Shown piece after piece: positions 52,525 through 64,000 of a stretch of 64,000 nucleotides of DNA (within the stretch, counting starts at the first letter, position 1; every line of letters starts with the position of its first letter). Where the stretch lies: contig OZ024742.1 of NCBI GenBank assembly GCA_964016885.1, positions 104,718,001-104,782,000 on the forward strand, read 5' to 3'. Both the position numbers and the translations under genes were made by a program. This DNA comes from Eledone cirrhosa. Its lineage: Eukaryota. The notes below the pieces were generated by a model, which worked only from the letters and a program-made list of their open reading frames with translations, was not told the origin of the DNA and made no database searches.

Positions 52525-52596
52525 TCTTACCCTGATAACTTGAATAACACATGTACTTACCTGAAACAGATAGAAAAAAATAAAATTCATTAGTTA
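52525..52596 (-). promoter_or_regulatory. Candidate recursive splice site or 30-nt microexon
   Basis: Minus strand: taactaat (branch) gaattttatttttttctatctgtttCAG|GTAAGT acatgtgttattcaagttatcagg|GTAAGA. Confidence 0.6.
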
Positions 52597-52739
52597 AAAA
52601 TTACAATTATATAATTTTTTGTTTTAGCAAGAACAGTAAAAAAAAAATGTTATAAACATGGAAGAGATTCTATATTATATATGTTGTATATAACATGTAA
52701 CAAGTTTTCCTATTATATAGACTATATTCATCTTATAAT

Positions 52740-53150
52740 AATAACTGTTTCTACTTTTGGCACAAGACCAGTAATTATCCCAGTACATTACTGGTACTTT
52801 ATTTTATCAACCCCGTAAAGATGAAAGGCAAAGTGAACCTCGGCAGGATTTGAACTTCTACTGATACTGCTAATCTCCCGCCTTCTTAGAATAATAACCA
52901 CAACCTAACTTATTTAACAATCACAAAGGGTGATGGAATAGCAGTATCATCAGAGAGTCAGACAAAATGCTTTGTGATATTTAGTTACATCTTTCTATGT
53001 TCTGAGTTCAAATCCTGCCAAGCTCAACTTACCTTTCATCCTTTCGGGTTTGATAAAATAAAGTTCTAGTTAAGTACTAGGGTCGATATAATTAACTTTG
53101 CCCTTTCCCTCTATTTGTTGGTCTCATGTCAGTGTTAGAACGAATTATTA
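52740..53150. mobile_element. Two SINE A copies head-to-head (52740-52885 minus; 52928-53150 plus)
   Basis: Family core motifs on opposite strands. Confidence 0.75.
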
Positions 53151-53250
53151 TTGTCATTATGGTCATGTCGCAGAATACTGGGTTTTTTAACTCATTTGTG
53201 TTCATTACTGGTGAGAACATCAGTTAATTTCAGTACAAGCTTTCCTTTAA

Positions 53251-53471
53251 CCCTTTAGCATTTAAATCGGCCATATCCAGCCAGAATTCTCTCACCTTTT
53301 TCTGTTCAAACCGGCCGTAACTGGCCACTCATACTTATGTTAAGGTATTGTTCACAAAATAAATAATATCAAAATCTTATAGATTTGATATTATGCAAGG
53401 TAATTATATGAGATAAAGCCTTTACTATGAAAATACAATAGTAAATATAGAGTAATGCAAATGCTAAAGGG
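53251..53471. mobile_element. piggyBac-like MITE
   Basis: TTAA|ccctttagcattt ... aaatgctaaaggg|TTAA. Confidence 0.9.
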
Positions 53472-54878
53472 TTAAATTGGCCTTGTGGGCTAAAAGGATT
53501 TTGAGAAGACCCCATCTTCCTTCCTTCCCAAGACCTGAAAGATGTCTTGTACTACTTTGTAAAACTTCTTTAAAGGTCTCACATACAGATTAAAAAAAAA
53601 CAGTGTTTAACAGAAAGAAAGGAAAAAGGATATAAGGTGATGATCAGATCAGACCAATGAGACAATGTTTCAATTGGTCTTTCCATTGCTGATATTAAGT
53701 GTCAGTCACAACTTCTGGCAAGTGAAAAGAAATGAGCCAATCATCTGATTGAACCAAGAAAACATTGTTTCCACTGATCTTTCCATTGCTGATACTATCT
53801 GCTGGTCGCAACTCCTAGCAGAAGGAACAACATAAAATAAACTATTTTGTGCAAGAATACAATACAGCACCTAGTTTGGAAATTGAACCCATGTCTTTAT
53901 GATCATGAGTCCAATGCCCTAACCATTATACCACCAACTTTAACAGAATCGATTCATAAAATGTCTCCCAAAAAACTGTTAAATGTAAATGAATATGTAT
54001 ACTTGTTAAAATGAAATAACAAAAAAATGATAGTTATAGAATTTTATACAGTCAAATCCAAAGTAATCTCAATCAATACAGGAATAACTTTATAGCAAAT
54101 ATAACCAGGCTTTGGTGTTGTGTGTCTGTGTGTGTGTGTGTGTGTGGGAGGGGGGTTAGAAGAGGGTGGGCTTAAAGGGGAGGGGAGTTAGAATATTCTG
54201 GATGGGCAATAAAGTGCAAAGAACATATTTCAGGAGCTTTTTTTTCATAAACTTTATTTTCTAAATGTGAGGGTGCACGATTGAAAAGTGTGTGTGTGTG
54301 TGGGAGGGGGGAGGGGTGCCAATCCACCAAGGGTGGTGGATTGGCAGAATTGTTACAGCGTCAAACAAAATGCTTAGTGGTATTTATGCTTTGAGTACAA
54401 ATCCCCTCTCATCATCATCATCATCACCATTTTACGTCCATTTTTCCAAGCTAGCATAGGTTGATAAATTAAAGTACCAGTCAATTACTGGTATCAATTC
54501 AATCAACTTTCTCCCCACCAAAATATTACAGGCTTTGTGCCTATGCTAGAAAAAAATGATAAGCACGAAAAAAAAATGTGTTACATAAAAAAAACAAAAC
54601 AAAAGTAAACAAAACACAAACAATTGTAGAACATTACTAACAGACAACAAGCCAGTTACTCTGGCAGACTGGTTAATGCACTCTACAAATTGTATTAACA
54701 TTTCTAAATACCATTTAGTTAATAATTCAACAGCCTAGTTATTGCAGGACTTGTATAACTGCCATCTCTGAATGGTGGCTGAAGTTCTGAAATCTCTCTA
54801 TTTATATCTATCAAAATCTGGCAAGTTATTAATTCAAGTTGGCTGACACCTATAGTTGTTGTAGGTGGTGTAATTATT

Positions 54879-54987
<109 letters not shown>

Positions 54988-55332
54988 CATGTCACATCAA
55001 TCTTCCTTCACCTTCTTACACTTTCCATCTTCTTTCTTCTCTCAATCATTCTTATACTGACTACTTGCTTCTGTCTTGTTTATACATGTGTGTGTTGTGG
55101 TTGTTGTTGATTAGCCTTAGATAACCCTTGATCCAGCAGATCTGTAACCAAAAGCATTCCATTCATGACCAACACAGCTTTTATTTTTAGCTCTAGACTA
55201 TATCTAAGGATTTTCAATGATCTTTAAAGATAACAGACCACTTTCAATTTGTCAAACAGCTACCACTACTATTTCATTAGTTGCAGTTTGACAAAATGAA
55301 AGTGGTGCTCTATATTTGATGATCATCTAAGG

Positions 55333-55550
55333 CAGAGTTTCTCAACATGTTTACCCTTGTAGAACCCTTGAAATAGTTTTCATGTCTCAGGGAACCCCTG
55401 TATAAAAATTATTATATACCATTATTACTCAAAAATACATTAATTTATTTATCATTGTTTTTTGTGGAACCCCTAGTGACCTCTTGCCGAACACCTATCA
55501 ACCTCTAGTGGAACCCCAGGGTTCCAAGGAATACTGGTTCAGAAACACTG
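55333..55550. mobile_element. hAT (Charlie-like) MITE
   Basis: TIRs cagagtttctcaac / gttcagaaacactg; 8-bp flanks atctaagg / gtcaaagg; internal ggaacccc repeats. Confidence 0.7.
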
Positions 55551-55679
55551 GTCAAAGGACTAAATCATTTAATGTAATAGTACTATTGCATGTGTGGATC
55601 TGCTTGTTTGAGTTATATGTGTACATGGGCATAGTTTCTGTGTTTATACATGTGTATATATGCAGTTATTACATGCAGA

Positions 55680-56520
55680 ATTTCTGAAACATTTTACATA
55701 TTTTTGCAGTTCCATTAATGAACTGTACTTGCAACTTCTTAACTAGCCATCCTCTTTCTGGTTCTGTGAATCCTAGATTCTCAAGATTTGTACTGAGGCA
55801 GTCAGTAATGTATCCAAGAGCCCCAATAATCACAGGTACAAATCTGTCTCCTTGAAATACACCCCTGCGATATGTATTCTATTGTATGTATGTATATATA
55901 TTCTCTCTCTTAATTTCGAGTTTATTTTTGACCAGTCACCTTCCTGGTGGCAAGGTTGTAAAGAAAGGAAATTGTCATCGTCACTTGTGTAAGTGTTCAT
56001 CCTTTGAATCGTAAGAATATTTTACAGATTTCAAAGGTTCCTGATATTGCGACCATTTGTAGCTTATGAATTAACCCTTTAATGTTCAAACCGGCCAAAA
56101 CCGGCCAGAATTCTCTACCTTTTTCTCTTGAAACTGGCTGTAACTGGTCACTCAAACTCATAGATTCGATATTATGTGAGATAAAGCATTTACCATGAAA
56201 ATATAATAGTATATATAAAATAATGTGAATGCTAATGGGTTAGGGAGCAACATTCTTTCTCCACAAATCCAAGTTCAGCTATACTTTGGTCCAGGCGGGT
56301 TGGTATATAGCTTGTAGCTCCAATAATCACGGGTATGAAGCTGAATGTGTATCTTGGATACTGGATCTGAAAACTCCTCTTGAATGATCTGTAGATAACC
56401 CCCTCCTCTTGCATTGTTCTTACCGCATTGGCATTAAGGGGGCAGCAGACTTCTACAACAGAGCATGTTTTTAATGTGTGGTCCCAAATAGTAATATCAG
56501 GCTGGTTGTACTTTAATTTG
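55680..56520 (-). mobile_element. Two tandem 3' remnants of restriction-like-endonuclease (R4/Dong-like) non-LTR retrotransposons, one interrupted by a piggyBac-like MITE (56071-56243)
   Basis: QPDITIWD...VEVCCP...IPVIIGATSYIP, then HKLQMVAISGTFEICK; second copy VPVIIGALGYITDCL...KKLQVQFINGTAKICK. Confidence 0.7.
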
Positions 56521-56710
56521 TGTATGTATGTATGTTTGTATGTATGTTTGTATGTATGTATGCATATATGTATGTATGAACATAAGTAATAGCATTCATC
56601 TGTCCAAAACTGCCACTGGTTATAAGAAACAAAACTACCCAATTTAGAGGGTGTCTATTTAAATATCTTCCATCACATTTTGATAAGTTATATTTCAAAT
56701 ATCATCTTAA

Positions 56711-56980
56711 CCCTTTAGCATTTAAATCGGGTGTATCCGACCAGAATTCCCTCATCTCTTTCTGTTCAAACTGGCTGTAACTTGATACTCATACTAATGT
56801 TAAGGTATTGTTCTCAAAATAAATAATATCAAAATCTCATAGATTTGATATTATATGAGATAATTATGTGAGATAAAGTTTTTACCACAAAAATACAATA
56901 ACCTATGTTAGCATGGAAGATAGATGTTAAACGATGATGATAATGATGAGTATATATAAAGTAATGTAAATTCTAAAGGA
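56711..56980. mobile_element. piggyBac-like MITE with a small RTE-tail insertion
   Basis: TTAA|ccctttagcattta...aaattctaaagga|TTAA; acctatgttagcatggaagatagatgttaaac(gat)n inserted at ~56901-56950. Confidence 0.8.
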
Positions 56981-57333
56981 TTAATAACCAATTTATTAAT
57001 AATTACAGTAAATTCCTCTAAATTCTTCATTAATTAATTGAAATACAGTACATTTCACTAAAAATATCGCAACGAAAGGGTTATCTATGTTTCTCTGTAA
57101 CAATGTATTATGAGTGTTGTCAGCTAAGTCTGTGTGAGCTAATCTGTAGAAGAAAATCTCAGTCAGTAAGTGCATTAATGTATAAACAACTGCCCACCAG
57201 CTACACCGCTGATCAATGATAGCTACATCAGGGTACAGACACAACTGTCTTATCTGTTATCTTACACCAGACAGTGAATTGAATGAGCAGGGTAGTGGTG
57301 GTGTATATGTAAAGTACACATTCTGTATGTAGC

Positions 57334-57379
<46 letters not shown>

Positions 57380-57534
57380 TCATCACCATCATCATTTATA
57401 TATATATACACACACACATATACATACATATGCATACATACAGATGTGTGTGTGTCTATAACATCCTTTTTACATGCTTTCACAGGGGTGCATGAGGCTG
57501 ATTTTAGCACACCCCTCTTTCAATTGTTATGTTA

Positions 57535-57638
<104 letters not shown>

Positions 57639-57865
57639 ACCCACCGGCATTCATGGTCCCAGTTATTCACAGAATTTTCCTTAGAAGTTTATTAATAATG
57701 GTGGTTTGTGGTAACCACCACATATTTGCGGAATCGTAAATATCTTCTGCAATTTTTTTATGGCTTTTTCATGGCAATATATATTTTTTTAATGCTAAAT
57801 TATTAATAACAATATACCGTATATGCCGACCTGTTGGATGCCCCTTCGCATAAGACGCTCCCTAT

Positions 57866-57900
<35 letters not shown>

Positions 57901-58045
57901 TTTATAAATGCATATGTATATATACATATATTTATATATGCATATATATATATACACATATATTTATATATGCATATATATATACATATATATATACATA
58001 TATATATATATATTTATATATACATATATACATATTTATATATAT

Positions 58046-58370
58046 GGAGGCACATGGCTTAGTGGTTAGAGCAATTGAAAGGTTGTGAGTTCAATTCTCA
58101 GACCGGGTGATGTGTTGTTTCCTTGAGCAAGACACTTTATTTCACATTGCTCCAGTTTACTCAGCTGTGTAATGAGATGATAGGGACTGAGGTCCCTATC
58201 ATTCCACTGTAAAGTGGACGTGTAGATGCCACGGAAAAAAAAGCACCCACCACTCACTGTAAATGAGGTTGGTGTTAGGAAGGGCATCCAGCTGTAGAAA
58301 TCGAGCCAGAATCAGTTCCCGTCCCACTCTTGCAAGCAAGGAAAAGTGGACGTAAAATGATGATGATGAT
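58046..58370 (+). mobile_element. SINE family B
   Basis: Family consensus with a deletion in the tRNA head; (TA)-rich on both sides. Confidence 0.9.
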
Positions 58371-58572
58371 ATATATATATCACATAAGAAACAGAGAATC
58401 AATGTTGCAACAAATAAAATTAGACATATTACAATTGTAATATGTCTAATAAATTTTATTTGTTGCAACACTGATTCTCTGTTTCTTATGTGATATTATA
58501 CTCTGCTCTGTAAGAGGATCGAGTGCTCAAACGGTCTACTGCTTACAGATGCTTTAAGGATCCCACACCAAT

Positions 58573-58603
<31 letters not shown>

Positions 58604-58656
58604 CAGGGAAAAGCGGACGTAAAAATGATGATGATGATAATACATATCTATATATC

Positions 58657-58697
<41 letters not shown>

Positions 58698-58845
58698 GTA
58701 GGAGGTGAGTTTTATTGTAGTACAATAAAGCAATGCAGATATCGGATAAGAAGCACTCTACAGTTTGTAGGACTGGAGTATACATAATATATAAGATCAA
58801 AAGATGGTTAAAATACATGGAACTCTTTTAACCATCTTTTGATCT

Positions 58846-58894
<49 letters not shown>

Positions 58895-60262
58895 TACATA
58901 TGTATACACTCACATATACATATGAGATTAGCAGAGTGGAGTGTAGATTACCTAAGATGTTAGGATAAAATATTCATTTTACATATAAAACAAGACCAAC
59001 ATTTTGAATACCTGTGTGTGTAATCAATTAATTCAAATTTTAGCACTTATTTTGTCACACAAAGAGAAATAACAAGTGTAATGTAAAGAGGCAATGAAAT
59101 GCTCGAATGCAAATTCATTTGAGACATTTTGTAGTTTTTTAGAGGTAATTCAGTCCCCAACAGCTGTTGGTAAAAGGTAACAGCACTTCTGAGAATATTC
59201 TCTGCGATAGATCAGCTTTCTAATGAGCGAAATATCTAGCTCATCCAATTAATGTCACAAATCTAGTTACTTCAGAAACATATTGGAATCCAATCCAACA
59301 GAATGTAAAATTAGATGAGTGCGATAGTTAACTAGATATATTAATGTAACATACCAGGAAGCATGCAAATTAATTAATTCTCTCTAGGTGTTATAATGCC
59401 AAAATTATTCTAGAGCAATGCTAAATATTTTTTCTATTTACAATTAATTAATCCATATGTGTTATAATGTATTATGTGATTTTCCCCAAAACTACATTTT
59501 AACTCTACATCAGCAGATGATGTAATTTGGATATTGGTTGATATATAAATAGTCAGAATGAGAGAACAAGCATGGTTCTAGCTGCATTGAAGTGAATAAA
59601 ACACATGTTAAAATAGTAACCATCTAGTAGTTAGATCCATTTGTTTTCTCTGGGGCATATAATACACCAAATTATTGGATTGGCAGAATCATTAGAGTGT
59701 TATGTAATGTTTGGTGGCTTAGAATTATGCCCCTTTATGTTCTGAGTTTAAATCCCGCATAGGTCATCTTTGGCTTTCATCCTTATGAGGTGATAACATA
59801 AAGTAATGCAATGGGGCCAGTTTAATCACCTTTTCTATCTCCCAAAATTGTTGGCCTTGTGTCTAAATCAAAAACTATTATTATTATTTGTATAAAAGCA
59901 TTGGTTAGCCCACGACTACAACAGAAGATCCTTGCCCAAGATACCATGTAATGGACTGAACCCGGAACTACATGCTTTAGAAGCTTATTATAGAGATGTA
60001 TATATACACACACATGAATACATATTTATATGCATATATGAATAATCTTATTTTCTCATTAGATATGACAGAAATTTACAAGTTTCACCAGCTTAGTTAA
60101 CTGTGCAAAGGAATCAAATTCACCTTCTTTTAGAGTCTCTATCCATCATCATTACTTCCATCAGTTTTCTGTCCTCTCTTCCAAGCTAGCATAAGTATGT
60201 GTGTGTGTGAGTATCATCATTATCATTTTTATGCCCAATTTTTCATAGCACGAATTGGATGG

Positions 60263-60315
<53 letters not shown>

Positions 60316-61377
60316 AAGTATATATATCACAATTTTAAGGTTTAAGGTTCAGAAATAACCTCCATGTGTGAGTGTGTGTGTGTTTATGTGATCTTATATG
60401 GGTGTGTAGGTTTGATATGCCTCAACAGACACAGATACATATGCACAAACATATACATACAAACATAGGGCACTTCCTTATCATAAAACAATTTCAGACT
60501 TTACTGAAATCCCAAACAAAATTTTGTCTTGCCCTTAGAGAAATACCTCCATGCCTTTGGGTGTTATCTTATATAGAGATATTCCTGGTTGTCATAGTGG
60601 AACTGGTATCATTCTTGGTAGGTGGGTGAGACATGTAGTTTTATGTTTTTATTGTCGAGATATTTGGCTGGGTGGGGCATTCAATTGAGATAAAACTCCT
60701 ATCCCAAGATATGATGTTATTACATTTATCTTGCTTAACCACACACACTCATTCTCACACCAACGCACACACACACACACACATATATAATACATACAAA
60801 CATGAATGCACACACACACTGACCTGTATATACATATGTAATAGTAAATGTTTTAGGTCAACTTTGTCATTCATCTTCTCAACAGTGATAAAAAAAAAGT
60901 ACCAGTCCAGTACTGGGGCTGATTCTTCCTTTATACCCCTTCCTCACTTACTCGATCTTGCCCCCCCCCCTTCTGGAGACAAAATAGGCTGTGTTCAGAC
61001 CTGGAGAGGGGATGGGCGCTGCCAAGTCTAAAATGGCCGAGACACAATGTCCATATGACTCCATAAGTAGTTATTCAGTTGACAACTCACACTACTGTCC
61101 AGTCAGAATCTACACTTTGACATTACAACCCACACTGTGTGTATGTATGTGCACACACATACACATGTGACTTCTACAGGATTAGAAATGTTACATTCAT
61201 ATGAAATGATTAGTCCTAATTTCATACAAATGAAATAGTTCTAGTCCTGCAGAAGTTATTTCTATATAAATAATAAAGGGGCCTATACTCTACTAATGTA
61301 TTGAGAACCTTTTTTAACTGTGGTATTGCCCTGATGCAACTTGTGAATCTTCATATATGCATATATATATATATATA

Positions 61378-62471
61378 GCAAAGTATGGGTGCATAAAAGA
61401 TGTAGTGGGTCACAGGTAAGCTAACTAAGAACATAGATTTTATATGTGGCCGGTGCTCTGGTGCAATAAGTAGCAGCAAGTGCCCACAGAATACTAGCTC
61501 ATTCCATTGCACAGATGGTTCTATAGAAATAGTGGACACCTTCCATTACCTGGGTGACAAAATCAGCAGTGGTGGAGGGTGCTCTGAAAGTACAGTAGCT
61601 AGAGTCAGAACTGGATGGAAAAAGTTCAGAGAGCTTATACCACTATTGGCCGCTAAAGGGTTCTCCCTAAAAATGAAAGGCAGGCTGTATGATGCCTGCA
61701 TACGAACAGCAATGTTGCATGGCAGTGAGACCTGGGCATTGTGTGCAGAGGATATACACAGACTGGAGAGGAACGAAGCTTGCATGCTTCGCTGGATGTG
61801 TAATAGTAATATACGTGAATGGCAAAGCATAAACGAACTAAGGGAAAAATTAGAAATAAGAGGGATCAGATGTTGTTTACTTGAGAGAAGACTACGTTGG
61901 TATGGTCACGTGATGCGCATGAAAGACGACAGCTGTATAACAAAGTGCAGGGCAATAAAGATAGACGGTAGCCACAGAGTAGGCAGACCCAGAAAAACCT
62001 GGGACGACTTGATAAATTCTGACCTCACACACTTAGACCTCTCCAAGACAATGTCACTGGACCGAGATCTTTGGCCCTACACAGTAATACAGAAGACCCG
62101 CCTTACCTAAGTACAAAGTGAAACCTACTACAGTCAGTAGGCACCTCTTACAAACCCCATCCACACCACCCCTTTCAATGTAAAGTTATGTTGGTACCAC
62201 AACATCCAGTCCTAAACAAATGAGGTCGTGTAGGTGTCACGACAAAAAAACACACAGTCCACGCTGTAATGTGGCCGTGTAGGTAACACGGTAAAAACCT
62301 CCCAGTCCACACCGTAAACGTGGTTGGTGTTAGGAAGGGCATCCAGCCGTAGACAACCTGCCAGACAGTCCTGAGCAAGACAACCAATCTTGTCTCAAGT
62401 GGGACAATTCGCATCCAGACCCATGCTAGCGTGGAAAATGGACGTTAAACGATGATGATGATGATGATGAT
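61378..62471 (+). mobile_element. RTE-clade LINE family 1, short 3' copy
   Basis: 192-aa ORF (FHYLGD...HGSETW...WYGHV...GRPRKTW); (gat)n tail; begins at (TA)n within the PHD-coding region. Confidence 0.93.
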
Positions 62472-63429
62472 ATACGGAGTGTCTCCGGTGGGATCCTATT
62501 GTCTACTTGCTGGAGAAAGTGACCTAGTCCCACACATTCCCGCATCACATGAGACACCTTATTTGCATACTATCTGAAGAGATGAAATGTAGAGTTGACT
62601 TTAATGAGATTTGTAATTGGAATATAAATGGACATTACTAAATACAGCAAAACATGTAGCCATACATTTTTACTACTTCATTTCACTACCCTTTAATATT
62701 GTATAAGTACCAGTCAAATACTGGGATTAACTATTAATGTCCTGTACCACATGAAACAGCATTAGCAAAATATTCTTGGAAAGTACAAAACAGTACTATG
62801 ACTGGATCAAACTAAATAGCAAATCTTTAGTATAATACTGCAAATTTTCACAATAATTAGTCCACTAGTAAAAAGTTACTATAAACATCTGAATTAACCA
62901 ACATATCTTTTGACATTTTTTCTAAATTACGTGATGTTAAGAGATAGTATAATCAAAAGTTCCTTCCAAAAAAATGTGTGATATTATACCTATAAAGAAC
63001 AGGATGAGTTGCAAAAGACTGAAAACTAGGAAAACATTCTTGGAAGTTAATCATGTTTCTTAGATAACCCAAATAAATGATATTTCTTAGATAACCTGAA
63101 TAACTTTTGATGGGAACTGATACAGCATAATGTCAAAAGTTTGTCATAGCAAGAACAAATTTAGAAACAGGAACATGCTTTCTTTATATGAAGTAGAATT
63201 ATGAAATTGAAAGTTTATTTGATTTAAATACATAGAATAAAGTATGTAGGTATGTTTGAACCTGTAACTCCTGATGGAGTAGTAGGGGCACCCTAATGAC
63301 ATGTAGCATGTCTTATGTATTTTAAACCTGGCAAAGCCTATAAACAGTCAATGTCTTTCAGTGAAGGAGAGAGAGAGAGAGAGAGAGAGAGAAGGAGATA
63401 GAAAGGAAGTGAGATAGAGATGTAGAGGA

Positions 63430-63575
63430 AAAATTTACTACTTGGACTTGTTCCTTTTTTTATTGACCCTGAAAGGATGAAACCAAAGTTGACTTTGGTG
63501 GAATTTGAACTCAGAGCTGGAATGAATACCAGAAACATTCTATCTGACACTTAAATGACTCTGCTAATTTGCCGC
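63430..63575 (-). mobile_element. Degenerate SINE A (further degenerate copies at ~7233, 54330, 59676, 60855, 63930)
   Basis: aaggatgaaaccaaagttgact..gaatttgaactcag is the reverse complement of the family core. Confidence 0.65.
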
Positions 63576-64000
63576 ATACATTGAATAATAGAGTTTATTA
63601 AACATATATATTTAAATCACAGTATTACCCTCAGCAATACTGCAAGTTTGAAAGCTGGCCTAAGAACTCATCAAAGGGAACTCCCACACCCCTTGTGATA
63701 TGTGATTGAGTGTGCCTGGCTTCTCCTATTTTTCTTCTTTTTTTATCTGCAACTTAAATATATGTTGTCAATGACCCAGCTGTCCCTCACATAACAAATA
63801 CTACTGTTTGAGGCATGTGTAAAAAATGATACTGTATAGCAGTTCAGCATGGGAAGTAAATAGAGAGGACCTAAAGCAACAGCTACTGTAGAGAAATGAT
63901 ATGATCTATCAAGTGTATAAAATTGATTCCTAATTTTGGCACAAGGCCAGCAAATTTAGGGAAAGGGCAAAGTTGATTAAATCAATTTCAGTACTTGACT

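Noticed and set aside
61170-61256. Imperfect hairpin (also 55236-55306)
   Set aside because: Short, degenerate, probably old MITEs; no miRNA evidence available from sequence alone.

Overview
AT-rich, microsatellite-laden eukaryotic DNA with no intact host gene. The repeat landscape suggests a coleoid cephalopod, probably Octopus (inference): tRNA-derived SINEs, RTE and CR1 LINEs with (GAT)n/(ATT)n tails, and dense (TA)n/(GA)n/(CA)n. The window is mostly decayed mobile DNA. It holds four copies of one RTE LINE family with a C4HC3 PHD finger inside the RT region, other RTE fragments, a near full-length CR1 LINE, a Helitron Rep fragment and R4/Dong-like endonuclease remnants. It also holds a DD37D (maT) transposon, mariner/piggyBac/hAT MITEs, two SINE families and three minisatellite arrays (40, 54 and 112 bp units). 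Two signals are not explained by the ORF track. (1) About 8-10 minimal type I hammerhead-ribozyme motifs from several families lie in short, often foldback elements at (TA)n tracts, resembling Penelope-like element termini. They include an 822-bp spacerless palindrome with one ribozyme per arm and a recurring non-canonical CCGANGA (U4C) core. (2) A minus-strand branch point/pyrimidine tract/CAG|GTAAGT site with a second donor 30 nt downstream is a candidate recursive splice site or microexon, implying the window may lie in a very large intron. All coordinates and alignments were read by eye.
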